NCBI RefSeq assembly: GCF_037042905.1
Contig: NC_087251.1
Span: 28,212,001-28,276,000 of the forward strand
Origin: Lytechinus pictus
Taxonomy: Eukaryota
Length of the DNA stretch: 64,000 bases
Reading direction: 5' to 3'
The translations under genes and the position numbers were made by a program. Below, in pieces: positions 38,603-53,600 of the stretch; the first letter of the stretch is position 1, and every line of letters begins with the position of its first letter. Under the pieces are notes generated by a model. It was not told the origin of the DNA, searched no databases, and saw only the letters and a list, made by a program, of their open reading frames with translations.

Positions 38603-41404
38603 ACAACTTAGACTACACATTATGAATTGCCAGTTGTCAACTCATTCGCCAAGTCATTCTGATTCTGCGTCAAGAAGTGTCGTGAAATGAGAAGCAAAGG
38701 AAAATATAATTAGTTTCAATGTACTTCTACTTGGTACATTACATTAACCATGAATATAGAAGAATTATTATAACACCAAGCTTTCCATAGAAGCGTGGTT
38801 TATTATATTCTAGCTTAGATTATCACCCTTTCTGTTTAATCGAGAGCAATCATGATAATACAGCTGTTTTGAAAGATGTTAAAGTCTGATATTCCACTCA
38901 TACAACGAATGATTGGTGCGATGACAGTAAAAAAAATACCTTAAAGACTCACATTAAACATTTTATTGCCTCCAGATACGAAAATAAACATAGCAAATAG
39001 TACAAAGTAATAGAAAAATCTACATAATCATACAACTTCACCTTAAAATAGTTATTTACTTTGCAATATATATAGTACGCTAGTATGACAACTGAAATCT
39101 AACCTTTATTAAAGCAATAAGAAAATATTCTGCTAGAGAAAGTAGAAATATTCTGCTAGAGAAGTAGAGTGCAACTTTTCTTTAAAAAATTCCCATGCAG
39201 AAAGAGAGTATCAAATATACTACTTATACATTTATTACATGACTAATTTATAGAAAATAGTTTAAATACATTTTGTTCTCTATTCAAGAAGAGCAAGACT
39301 ATGAAAAATACAAAAAAATAACAAACATCTGCACAAATACACACCCACATACACCGACACACACACTCAAATATACAAAGTACACTTTTTTTATATCACT
39401 TAGTGAAATCATACAGATAAAAATTAGTAAAGAACATAGAGTAATATATCACACAGCATCACACACACACACACACACTCTCTCTCAATACCCTCACACA
39501 CACCCCACACGCATAAAGTACAAATTATGGCTTAATAAAAGTAAACTGATGACCTTGGTCGTCTTACGATTATTATCGAAATGTGATTTTAAGCCCTATT
39601 ATATGTACATATTTTGTGCATTCATGTTTTAAACCTTCATTCATGTTATTTACTTTGTGCACAGTGACATTTGGCATGAGTTTTAATAATATTGCGTTTC
39701 AATCCAACTCTGGAATACCAAACAATAATAATAAGTGCGTATAAAACTGTGTTTAAGGTTTAGGAGTTGCGTTAAAAATGCGAATTTTTGTAAAAAAGAC
39801 CAGTTTCTTCAGTGTGATTAAACAACTGTACTGAATTATACTGATTGCGTGTGAGCATGTATTCCATTATAGTATATGTTTTCGACTATATTTCATGATA
39901 TCAAAGTTATCAATAAAAATTGTCGCATTAATAAAACTGCTATCACAACAATGGAAATGTCTCCTAATAAGGATGGCAAGATGTGCAAAACGATTCAATA
40001 TCATAATCAGTGCTGAGTGAGCCGATGTTCTGAAATTTCAATTCTAACAAAATATTTTCGTATATATTTGACGAATATAAAGGATTGACTTCGAAAAATC
40101 AAAAATAAATCACCTGCATTTGACTCTAATAACGCATGGTATGGTATGTAATGGCAACCCTGTAAAAAGCACTGTGTGTCCATTTAACATGAGCCCGGAA
40201 TCTGTCAACACATAAGTGTTGGAAAAATATCCGTTTAAAATCAATCTGGTGTCGTTTGAATGAAAGCTTGCTGGTGTTGTTTAAAGAAAGACGTTATTAG
40301 CCTATATGGAGTTAGCCCCAGACCAATATGGTGTTGTTTAGAGACCTTTATGGTGCTAATAGATATAGACTCCGGGTTGGTGTTGGACTGACTTTAGTTA
40401 TTGCAATGAAAGGTCTGCTAGGACTGAAGCTGAAACAAAACAATGGCTTAAGAGGATTAAAAAATATTACGCTCTGAAACTGTCTCAGCAGAATAATTTG
40501 TTTACATTTTTGTGATTTATGGATAATAAAAAGGACATATATAGCCATATTCGTCACGTTAAGGCACATGACAACGAAAGAGATAAAAAAAAAAAAGTGT
40601 ATTAAATCTTTGTGCATTCTGCATAAAACGATCTAGCTTACATGTACATGTAGGCCTATACCATTTTCACTACAAGTCTAGGGTATATAACAAATGAGTA
40701 ACCAAACTCGAGAAGGAAAATGTTTTTAAATTTAAATATACATGTATATATAAGTTGTCTCTATTGCAGGTAAGACACCTGTATAGTTTTTCAATGTGGT
40801 CATTTTGACTAGTGTATATACAGAGCCTACTTTTAAAGTAACACATGTGTTAACGATATTGCAGCTAATAAAGAGCTCGAATCCACTTTGTGGAATCCTT
40901 GATGAGCTTTGCACACATTCGGAAACACATTTCAGCATGTGGAAATAGCATTCAGATAGTTCTTAAGTATCAAACTTTAAGATTGACACTTTTCAAACAG
41001 TTCTTGCCGAGTAAAACACATTTAACATTCAGACACATATACAATGCACTTTACAAAGTTTTATCACTATTCAATAATATGGTAAAAAAAAACAAATCAG
41101 TGTGTGTGTAACTGAACATCAAATGTGTCTGATACACCCGGCTAGAACTGTTTGAATACTTTAAAAATCAACCGAATCTTACTAAGTTTATCAAACACAT
41201 TTGGTCACAACCATAATTTTTTTCTTCAAAGTTTTATTACCGCTGAATATATTTTATAAAACTAAGAACACTTTAAATATGATAACTTATGAATTATGAT
41301 CATTCGAAACTGTGTCTTAAGTCATGTCCATTACGTGGACTTGTCTGTAAAGTGTACTCACCACTTTAAAAGGAATATTCATGTAATTGCATTCGTTAAA
41401 CTTT

Positions 41405-41518
41405 TTACAAGATTAGGTAAAGGAGGAAGAGGACAGCAATGTTGAATAAAGACAAGGAGACGGTGGTGGCGCTGTCTGTTATGTGAATTTTCCAACCCAA
41501 GAAACGATGAGTGTAGCA
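41405..41518 (-). CDS. Skeletor-like last coding exon with hydrophobic C-terminal tail
   Basis: TTGCAG acceptor; CYTHRFLGWKIHITDSATTVSLSLFNIAVLFLLYLIL*. Confidence 0.92.
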   Translation of the reverse strand, partial: CYTHRFLGWKIHITDSATTVSLSLFNIAVLFLLYLIL

Positions 41519-44500
41519 CTGCAAATATAGGAAGAAATTTTGTAAAATGAAATCATTTAAATCTGGATCTTTATTGATTGAAAATGTTATTTTTCTAAAA
41601 ATGATATCTAAAGATAAAGGGTTTATTTTGCTTTTCCATTATAAGTCTAAATATCAAAGGCTCGAAGGGGCTCACAAATCACATATATCCGGTTCAGTAG
41701 CAAAGCAGGAAAAATAACAGCTCAATACTTAAACAAGATTTGGAGGAAGCGTTACAGACAATAATTGGACTATCAAATTTTACTCACAATTCAAAGTGAA
41801 TAAAATAAAAAACGTTAGAGTTCTACTGACAGATCGTTTAATTGAAGGTTGGCGATTGATTGATAAATTGACCGACTTATGTAAATTGTATAACTGATTT
41901 TTCTTTTCATCGACTGGTCGATTGACAAATTGATTCACGTAATGATTGATTAAGTGATTATCTGATCATTTTATTGAATGTTTGATAGAATTATTGATTA
42001 AATGACATGACAGTCTGATTGGTAAATGTATTGAGAAAATGATTGACCGATAAATTGATTAATTAATGATTTTGATTGAGTGATCAATTGATGGATTTAA
42101 TTATAGATTAAATACATATATCAATTCCTGATTGATTAATTGACTGATCGGAATAGTGATTCACTGACCCATTCATGCCCTAACTGATTGATATATATAA
42201 TAGATAAACAGATTGATTCGAGATTAATTTTCAAATCGAATTACTGATTTATTGATCCATCCATTCACTAATTGATTGATTGATTGACCGACTGACAGAT
42301 TCGCTGATCGGTTCAATCATTGACTGATTGTTGATTCAAAGACAAACTATCTTTCTTTATTATGTATTCATCGTGTTCTGTTAATGATATATTGATCGAT
42401 AAATTGACCGACAAATTATGAAATGAATCGATCGATCGACCAACTGGAATTTTTTTTAAAATCAAGTCCTTATTCAATATTTCCTAGAAGCCATATATAA
42501 CATGTAAAATGATACATAAATTGCCATAATACATACAAAAATGTAAAATTCAAGGAAGTTGGACGTTTGGAGAAAAATTCAAATAAAACTTGGCTTACAT
42601 GATAGTACAGGAGATCGGGAGCATCAATAGGAACAGTCCACTCGAGTACACCAGGATCACCAGACAAACAATTTTTTTCTAAGGTTGCCTTAAACTCGTC
42701 AAACGTGTTATACGAATCAGGGTTCGTATCGCTCATGTACTGACAAAGAGGACCCTCTGTCAAAGAAAGATAAAAAGAAAGAAAGAAAGTGGATTTACAG
42801 ATACATCATGGTGATACATAGGAGTGACTCTTCCAAATATCGATAATCACTGCCTTAAACTATACAATGCGTCCCAGAAAAAAAAGAAAACCGGGATTCC
42901 CATATCTTTCTCCTTCAAACGCAAATGAATTATGATATTTTATTTTCATCATCATAATATTCAGTTATTCCTCTATAGTCTGATACCTAATATGAGGCAA
43001 GCACAGCACACATTATTAAGAAAGACGAATTTTAAATTCAAATGTCAAAATCAGGTTACGCAAAAAAATTGGACGAGATTGGTTAATGATACGACGATCG
43101 TGCTTATTCGCTGATTTGCATTTATTTTTTATTTTTTGTAAGTTTCTCTCACTGATCTCTGAAATGAGAGTGGATTCGGATTCATTTGTGAGTACCTGCA
43201 CAAATCGTTTCTGATTTGCCTCAGTATTCATTTTTTTTTTAAATCTACCACGCGTGATAGGTTTGCTAAGCCTTTGGTTTCAAATGAAAGGCGAGAGTCC
43301 ACTCTTACCATAAGTGTCAAATTTGTAGTAAAAACATATTCAATAATTGTGAAATATACAGTTGTATCTCTGAAACGGGTTTCCTTTTTTGTGGGACGCA
43401 TTGTAGAAAAAAAAATGCAATTGGTGGACATTCATCCAGTGGAGTTTCATTTGGCCCTTATACATTTTGATAATCTGATGTTCTTCTAACAACTTCCTCT
43501 TACTGCTCTGTCCTTTTTTATGAAAATGGACTGCTTACAAAATAATAAAGGCTGATTTTCGAATCTATCTTTATTGTTCATGAAGCGGTTTTAAGGGGGA
43601 GTGTTTTAAGCAAGTTGGCTCAGATCAGGTATACTCCATCGAGAGGCATATTAGGATTTATATTCTTGTAAAATGATTAGGTTGGTATTATAAAAACCAT
43701 TTAACTTTTATATCGAGAGTCAAGTAAATTACGTGATAGATCCCCTCGGTGTGTATAAAGTTAGTTTGAACTGTTTAAATATATTTCATGATTCTTTCAT
43801 GTTTTTAGCGTGTCTGTCTATCGTTGCCAAATAAAAAAAAGCATCACTCAAATACACATATGACATAGGTGATTGTAGAATATTCTGTCTTTGAATTTTA
43901 GTTCTACTTTTTAGGCAAACACTAAACAACATTCAAACGGAAGAAATTATTGAACTCACCAACGGGGCCTGCATAGATCTTGATACCCTGGAAGGATGAG
44001 GATCAAAAAAATGATTAGCACTTTGATAAAACATTGACAACTACTAAAAAACATCTTTCATTTTTAACAGGCAGATGAGATAAATGATGTTTAGGTGGAA
44101 TATTTGAACCCTTTTTTTGCATTCAAATCGAAAAAAGGGGCAGATTGCATATGTTTTGCTGGGACCGTCTTACTTGTCGCTAATCTATCATGATGCGCCA
44201 AATGAGACAGCTGTTTAACAAATTACAAACCAATTTTGTTCATCCATTGAAATGAACGAAAACCGTCATTATGAATAAAATTTTATGTCATTATCATTTA
44301 GAAGTGAGCCTAATACTCTTGATATTTGATAATTATAAACATTTACAATAATGTATCACATTAAATCGACGACACGAGAGATGTTTCTTTTAAAGACCCT
44401 TTCATGCAATTGGTCCCAGGTATTAGATAGTCATATATTATGGTCATTATGTCTGGAGCATCTACCAGGTGCGGGCGACAAATAAGCAATACCACCATCC

Positions 44501-44634
44501 CTCTCCCACTGGAGGGAGTTAGAAGTAAAGAGAGCAAAAACCTTTTAAACCTCTGTTCCTGACGTTATATAACATTTGGGTATGCTACTGACTGGCAGAT
44601 TTCTCTCGTCTCAAATAGGAAAGTGCTCATATTT

Positions 44635-44683
<49 letters not shown>

Positions 44684-47600
44684 CATATATATGTGTGTGG
44701 GGGTGTAGGTAGAGCGTGTAGAAAATATAACGGACCTTGCAATTTCCGCTACCTCAGGTTTCACGCTTAGTTGTGATCGTCAGGCGGTCTGATGTCCAAG
44801 GTACGTTTCATGTAAATTCATTTATATATAAATATACCCATATATACTTCTTATCTATTCTAATATTCCTGAATCAAGAATATTGTCTTACCTCTCTGTC
44901 TGCTTCAGAGAGTTGTCCGTAACCACCGTTGATGTCATCAGTAATATAGAAAGGATGATAATTGCCGCTGAAATTCGCATTATCTCCACCGAATACACGG
45001 AATGTGTAGGTGACGTTGCGTTTGAGGGTTAACTCGGGGATAAGAATACCATTGATAAACCATGCGATTCCCCATCCAACACGACCTTGTCATAAAGAAA
45101 CGCGGGTATGATTATACTTCTGAAAATAGTTCAGTAAAATCTTTTCCAAATTATTCCAGACTAATTCTGAACTAGCCATGTCTGGTCTAATATCCAAAGC
45201 TTCAAAGATTCTTTTGAGTTGTCTATTACCGTTTATATTACGTCTTTCTATTTTTAGAAGAGATGGAAGTATGGCCAGCGCAATGTACGCGCTAATTGCA
45301 AAACAAATAATATGACGAATCTATCAAGAGGAAATATTTTATGTACATAAACAAATAAAACTACATTCTCAAGAATTGTTGTTATTTTTTAATTCTGTAC
45401 TACTCCCCCCCCCCCCCCCCCCCCCCGCCGCCCGCCCTGCACCAAAAGGAATTTTACGTCATGATTCCAACAGTGTAGTTGGTACATCGTTGCCTCAACG
45501 TCAGTCGTGATTAGATCATCGAATTCTTACTTGGAATCCGATGATCCAGTGACGCCATTCGCAATGTTATTTCATTTGCAATAAAAAGTTTGACAAATCC
45601 AAGTCCTTTTGAAGCGCATAGGGACGTTATGACATACTAGTAATGTGATATGCGCTATACAAGAACCGCGTTTATTATCATTATTAAATTTGTCACATGC
45701 CACACCTTGGGCGAGTGACGTCAAATTTCAGAGGATCTACGAAGACAAAATTAAAATGATATGAAAAGAGAATTGGGGAAAAGGGGGTTTGACAATGCAT
45801 GAATTTCTTTTGGAAGGTTAGATGGATATGTGTCAATCTATCTGAGAGATTCTCACCAACCTGTCGTTGCCTCCAGTGACTTTTATTTTAAGTGATCAAA
45901 ATAAAATGATTGAAAAAGAATATGAGCTTCATGCCGGAAGATAAGTGAGGGTTGGACCATATAAGACACCAATTATTTCATTTACAATGCAAATGAATCC
46001 GCCCCTATGTTACGTCCCCTATCAAAAATCCTGGATCCACCCTGGGATCTACCCTTGCTTACCAGTGATGGCCTGGTACCCTTTGCGTCCACCAGAGAGT
46101 CCCATTTCCACGGTAAAGGTTGCTTCCTCAAGGCGTGTGATACCAGGTATTTCCCAGCCATCTGCTACGGGTGGTGCAATACCCCCTTGTCCTAGGGGTG
46201 AGCAAGCGCTGCTATTGCGTCCAAAATCAATCTGCAAATTGGAATTACCTACACAAAACAGTGAATAAATCGTTCATAATTAAGAATGCTTTGTAAATTT
46301 AAATCTGGGAAAATAAAATTTCGCTATGTGATTGCTATTTTCTGCAATCAATAATTCTTTATAGAATAACTTCATGTTTAATAGGCCTATAATTAAATGA
46401 GTTGCAAGTTTTATTGGAAAATCATATTTCAGCACCCATCACAGAATATCAAGTATATTTGGATAACAAATACGCAATAGGCCTACTTGTTTCGAATTTA
46501 AAACAAACGATAATTGATGTAAATTGCTATTGGATCCACAGTCACTTTGTCTACATACTGCCCGTTTGGTCTAACTCTGATTCATGGACATCATTTTGTT
46601 CTAATTATATGGCTTTAAAAATTAGGCTCATTTCCCCTTTGTCTGTCTCGATATCAAATTATTTCGATCTGATAATATATCATGAGCATATCGCAGCCAT
46701 ACGGTAAGCTGTTTTACATTTTAATATCACAAATTTGAAATAGCGTGATATCAAGAAATGAATAGGTGAACGGCCTGCTACACGTACGGCAATACCATCC
46801 TATACGGTTGTGATTATGTTAATGCATTTAAGTGTCATCGATCTCGCTAAGTATTCTGAGTACAATAATCATTATGATCATTTTAAATTGGAATTTGAAT
46901 TATCAATACATTTTGTGACACGTTAGAGGGCTTCTTTAATATCACCACTTGAAAAATGAAATGAATTCGATGCCATACGTTTATATATGAAAGAAAATGG
47001 TGAACCGGCTAAGTGGTAATGAAACTAATTGGTAATTAGACGAACTAGATATAGTTATTACGTCTCAGTCAGTCGGCAAGCCCTGAAAAAGGAGTTTCTT
47101 TTATCCAAGTGATATTCATGACTAGAGGGTTTTTGCATTGTTAATGAGCTTGATGCGGACCAAAAACACCTCTTTTTATTCGGCCATTGCTGCTTTAAAT
47201 ATTGACCGAATTTCATGTTTTTGGTATCTTTGTAAAGAAGAATCATTCTTTCAGGTCATGTGTTTGGATTTTTAAAAGGATTTTGTAATATAGGAGGAAC
47301 TTCTGATCTAAAACATGAAACAAAATAATTTTTTTCATGCAACAAAACTTGTTGTTTTCACACTTAATTTCTGTTTGAGCACAAATGATTTTTAGACTAT
47401 GATAAAGCTGAAGATCTAAGCTTCAATATGATATAATTTTTATAAGAAGATGTATTTTAGATGGGTCAGCAGCCAGCTTTTCATAGGCCAAGTACATTAA
47501 GCAGCTCAAAAACAAGAATACTGCGCTCTGATTGGTCATAGAGACCACACACCCACGCAAATTCCAATGTTCCCCACACTGGGCCCGTGCAAGGTCACAC

Positions 47601-50600
47601 TCACCATGTGGTAATCTCTTCACATTACCCGCGCCTGTTGTTTTGAAAACATTATTCAGCCAATCAGAACTCTGGATTTTATGTTACTCAGAAATTTCAG
47701 AAATCTTGTCTTGCATCTTGATGGAAAAAGCTGGCTGCTGACCCATCTAACAGATGCCACATATCAAGAGTGAAATTGTAAGAAAGTATAGAGTTTGAGC
47801 TTTCTGATGATATAAATAATGTTTGTGCCTAAAACACAAAATGTTGCACAATTCGCAAGTAAAAATAGAAGAAGAAAATTCTGTTTGATGCATCTTTTCA
47901 GGTAAAAAATTCACTTATTTATCAAAATAATTTATTCAAAAGAAATAACCAATATAAAAGAGTAACATTTACTCTTTTCCATGGTATAAAAATAATCAAT
48001 ATTACTCAAGGAAAAAGTGGTTAAATTCTTTGAGAAAGAAAGTCTCACAATTCACAAGATTTTGCAGGGACATGAATTCAGCCATGAGAGGACTTGGATA
48101 AATCTTGCTCATTTGCTCATTAACACAGTGGCTTGCAGACTGACTGGTCTCATCAAACTATAGGAGAAATTCTTTACTATCTCTTGCATTGTTCAGACCC
48201 TCACCCCCATGTAGATTCAGTCCCTCTAAATGTCACCAACCATAACTGTTACGGAAAAAACCCATTGTTCCCCCTTACGCCGATTCCCCCTATGACACCT
48301 TTTTATTTTAGGCAGAAAGTCATAATGGACGAGGTTTAATATCGATTCCCTTACAAACTTACTTTTTGACCATCCTATGTTGTGGAAAGCAACACGACCA
48401 TCAGCGTTAATAGGTCCTCGCGCCCAGATGACGTAGACAGGGCCATTGGTAGTGTAAGCCTGGTCATAAGTAGCATCTTAAGCAGGGAAAATAATTCAAG
48501 GATATGAATAAACAATCATAATGATAAAAAGAGTTTTAAAAAAAAGCGAAATGTTTTCATTAACAAGTGGAGCGCCTCTGCGCTTCTGGCAGTCTCACCT
48601 GCATCGCGCAATTAAATATAGCGGCAGTGCTGACTTTGAAAACTACTATAAAATAATTATTCACAAAAAACACCATTCATATAATAATACAATACTACAT
48701 TCATTGACAATAAATGACATTTGACCTTGATCATGCGACCTAAGACTTGCCAGTGATACTTGATTACCCCTATATCCACATTTCATAACTGTATCTATAA
48801 ACTTTGAAAGTTATGACATCAATCTAATAATTACCTCCAAAATGGCCAAAGTTCAATGACCTTAAATGACCTTTGACTTCGGTCATGTGACCTGAAACTC
48901 GCACATAATATTCAGTGATACTTGATTACTCTTGTGTTAAAAGTTTCATTAATCAGCTCTATAAATTTTCAAAGTTATGGTGGTAATTCAACAGATACCC
49001 CCCAACATGGCCAAAGTTCATTGAACTTTGACCTTGGTCATGTGACCTGAATTTCGCACAGGATGTTCAGTGATTCTTGAATACTCTTATGTCCATCGGT
49101 TTTCTATCGGTTTTTTGTAGGTTACGCCTACGTACATGGAAAATTTGAAATGATTAGTTATTGTCTTGCTAAAATGTATTATACTAATTGTTCTTATGTT
49201 GAATCTATTTATATATATAATTCATTTTGTATCTCATATAGGATATTCATATCTTTATGTAGTGTCAATCATAATTGACAGTATTTTGACTTTTATGTTC
49301 TCCGTGTCACTCTCCTCTTCTTCACCACTTTGTTTTTCTCTCTACCTCACTCAATTTTCTCTTTCTATTTAGAGGACATACCCCCTCTCTCCCTCTCTTT
49401 CTTTCCTATACTCTCATTTCTCTCTCCCTCTCTTCTTCTTCTCTCTCCCTCTTCCCCTTTGCTTATTTCTCTCTTTCTCAAACTTCTATTTATGAGATAC
49501 ATCTTTTAATTGGATCTAAGTTTTGATATAGAATACTGTCTTTACGTTTTTATTCATTTGCTTTGTTATATCTGTATATTGTACTTTATGAATTTTTGTA
49601 AATTGGCCCTTTCAGCTTGTGCTGCTGGTCAATTTTTATGAGCATATATACCAATAAATAAACAAAAAAATAACAAGTTTCATGAATCAGATCCATAAGC
49701 TTTCAAAGTAATGATGGTAATTCAACAGATACCCCCAACTTGGCTAAAGTTCATTGACCCTAAATGACCTTTGACCTTGCCTTTGACCTTGGTCATGTGA
49801 CTTGAAACTCAGATAAGATGTTCAGTAATACTTGATTAACCTTATGTCTAAGTTTCATGAACTAGGTTCATATATTTTCTAAGTTATGATGACATTTCAA
49901 AAACTTAACCTTATAGGTTCAGATTTTTATGTTGATTCCCCCAACATGGTCTAAGTTCATTGACCCTAAATGACCTTTGACCTTGGACATGTGACCTGAA
50001 TCTCAGGCAGGATGTTTAGTAATACTTGATCAACTATATGGCCAAGTTTCATGAACTAGGTCCATATGCTGTCATTTCCAAAACTTAATCTTCGGTTAAG
50101 ATTTGGTGTTGACGCCGCCGCCGCCGTCGGAAAAGCGGCGCCTATATAGTCTCACACTGCTTCGCAGGTAAGAGAAAGATGCATGGTATTAAAACTCAGC
50201 CCCAATAATTCACATGAATCCCGTTTAGTAAAGCCGTTGTAAAGTTTCGAAAGACTACGTACGATTTGATCGTTCGTGGGTGTTCAATCAGATTCTTTAT
50301 GTATAATACGATCTTGTCAAATTAAGAAAATTATTTATGACAAGCAATTCAATGCAAACTATGATAGTTGTATATATGATATTCTGTCCTACTTTGAAAT
50401 TTCTTATTCTAATCAAAACCACGTTCGAGATGTCCGCAAATTCGGGGATCTCGTAGACATGATTATGTTAGTTACACTATCCCAATTAATTGACTGCAAT
50501 CAACAATTTTTTTTCTTATTGGCTGCTTGTATCTAGGACAGTTTCGTATTCCGACATCCTCACCTGTTGCAGCCAGAGGCCGACGGTAGGTAATATGTGT

Positions 50601-53600
50601 AACGCCGTTCTCTACATACGATTCCACTACTACAGAGTCGTTGCTTCCTTGTTCTGATGATATTGTATCTGGACAGGCTCCGTCACCATTTTGAGGGGTA
50701 CACTGTAAAAAAAAGTGAAAATTCGTTTTCGTCAATCACCCTATCTGGTGGGTGTTTCAAAACGTTGTTTGTAAGTTACGAACAACTTTACGAACGACTG
50801 GTGACCCTTTATTGGGAACTAAATCAAGACCAACCCAAGACAAAATTCCAAATGAATAATGAAAATCTGGTGTGTATCATATACCGTAACAGAAGGATAC
50901 TAGTCGTTCGGAAGTTATGAAAAGCTTTATGAAATACTCACCTGCAAGGAATTATGAATGTCACTCCATGGGCCTGTTGCTCTTGCCATTTTTTTCGCCA
51001 GAGGTTTTACCGTGTTATATTGTCAATGGTATAATTTTGTTCCCCTAGGTTTTTGTTTATTTGTCAGAGTTCTTTTTATGGCAAAAGTTTTTATGCAACA
51101 GGCCCCATGACAAAATGAAAACCAATACATAATATGGCGGATATAACACATTTCAGCTCCATTTACATTGTGTTGCTGTTTTTCTATTCTGGGTCATCAA
51201 TGAATTTTAAAATGGACTTATCATCAATTATTATTATTACATTATAATACATGGATGTAGGCCTACATTATAAACCAATAACATTGTGCAAACCCTTCAA
51301 TCTTAGAAAGTCGTCTGAATATTATGCAGCCTGGACTCACTGCCAATAACTTTTGTGAAGAATTTGCCTCTCATTTATAAATGAAACTGCAAATTGCAGT
51401 GCATGTGCTAGTCTTGTGTGAAGACCACCTTGTTGATAGTTTCAATCACGGACACGGACTGTGTCTGCTGACTAAACATAGCGCGAGCTTCTCATGTGAA
51501 TTACGATCGATTTTTCAAATTGTTAAATATCGCAAATAATATTGTCGAGAATGTTGTACCTGGGCCTGGCTTTTCAGATAGTAGTCGACGGCCCGTGGAG
51601 TCTGGTTATCCATGAAAGTCACGACAACATCACCGCCGATCATTTGCGTTCCCGTTGTCGATCCACTGAGACCGAATGCGGCGTAGTCGGTACCATTGAG
51701 ACTGCTCAGTCTGATGATGATATCGCTCCCGTCGATTTTCCAACTCACTTGAAACTTTTCATCGACCAGCGTTTCGCAGTTCGGAAATGTCTGAGATGAA
51801 ACGAGAAATTATGACACCCTGGTAAACACATGGGCCCGTATTCTGAAGTCGAGTTTAAGTTAAACTCAGGTTTAAAGTTGTGGTTTAAGTATGGATGGCC
51901 AATTGTTACATAAATCACTAACAGTAGAGATATCATATTTCAGCTCATTTGGCTCTTAAATCATTCATAATTATCTAGGAAGTATAAAGAGATGATTGTT
52001 TTCACCATCGATGAATCAGGAAAGAGCAGAGTAAACATAGGAAACGTTCAACTTGATAAAAATTTTGATACTTTTGGCTTCCCATACTTAAACCACAATT
52101 TTAAACCTGAGTTTAAGTTAAACCCGACTTCAGAATACGGGCCATCAAATCCCCATGATGAGAGTATGTGGGTGCGCATCTGTGTGTGTGTGTGTGTGTG
52201 TTTGTGCATGGGTGTGTGCGTGTATCTGTGTACTCATCATTATCATTATAGAGACGTCAGTTTATCAAAGTGATACACGCTATTATAAACAGTGTTGTAT
52301 TAAATGTATTATTATTTTCATTGCCACTATTCTCATCATCCAAATCATCATCATCATCATCAACCTAACCACCACCATTAACACCATTGTCATAGTTACC
52401 AGTCTCCTTGGTCCGCTGGTCCCACTGTGAAAAGGTAGTGGAGGCAGGTCATGGTTGTTCGGTATGCTGATATCAACGTGTCCGAAATCTTGGGAGAAAG
52501 CTATGCACCACAAACCAAAATGCCCAATATCGGACACCGTTAACTCATCAGGGAGAGTTAGAACGATCGTTTCCCCACTGTATCTCCTAATAACACCGGT
52601 TCTGTGAATATTTCAAGAATGTTTATAATATCAACAGCATATCCCATCACCAGCCTTAATAAATGAATGTGTACAATTTATGTGTCAATTTGATGCAATG
52701 AGACATTGTATTTCCGAGCATGAATATCAACAGTTTATTTGATTTAATTATTGAAAATAAAGCAACAATATGCAATGCTGACATGAAAATACTACTATGT
52801 TCTAAAAACAATCATTCAAGATAAAGAAATTGGGCCAGAATAGAGGGATTTACGGAATAAAATCGGATTAAAGTGATTTTGATTTTAACTCTCAAAATAT
52901 AGAACACTTTAAACAAAATATTATCATTGTGCATGCGAAATTGTTTTGATTATGCTATTTGGGGTCCAAGAGAAGCGTTTCATTAACGACAAATTTCTTA
53001 CGTTAACTATCTGATAAAAAATATTGTCGGATAAAATGTCTGACAAGTTCTTTCATGAAAAGCTTCCCAGAATAAAGAGTTACTCAAATACAATCAAAAT
53101 GCGGTTAACTCAGCTAATGAACATTAACGTTGGCTCGTATGTGAACAAACCCAGGGCTTTATTATAAAAGTTGTTTAGGGTTATTGTGCATCTCCAAATT
53201 AAAATAAATTCAATTCTTAAACAGCACAATGTACACCATGGCAGAGACCCGGGGCAGAGATAGCCTTGTTTCCTAAATAGAAAAATCTAAGACCGCGTTT
53301 TCACCAGCAAAACTAGCTCTAACTCGTAAAAAAAAATGGAATCAACTAACCCTCCGTTTTCGTCTGGTATTGAACGGTCATTGGCTCCATTGGAAGGAGT
53401 CCCTCCGGGTCCTACCCAAAAATAAGCCCCTAAGTGCGGTAATAAAGAACGAAAATACATAAAATGTATGAAAAATCAAAACGGAGTTAGCAATTTGTGG
53501 AAGTTGAAAATTAAATATGTAGAGCTTAATATCCAGAGATGAGATTTTGAATTCTTACGTGCTGTGCGTACGCCACTGGAACATCTTAATCCATATGCTC

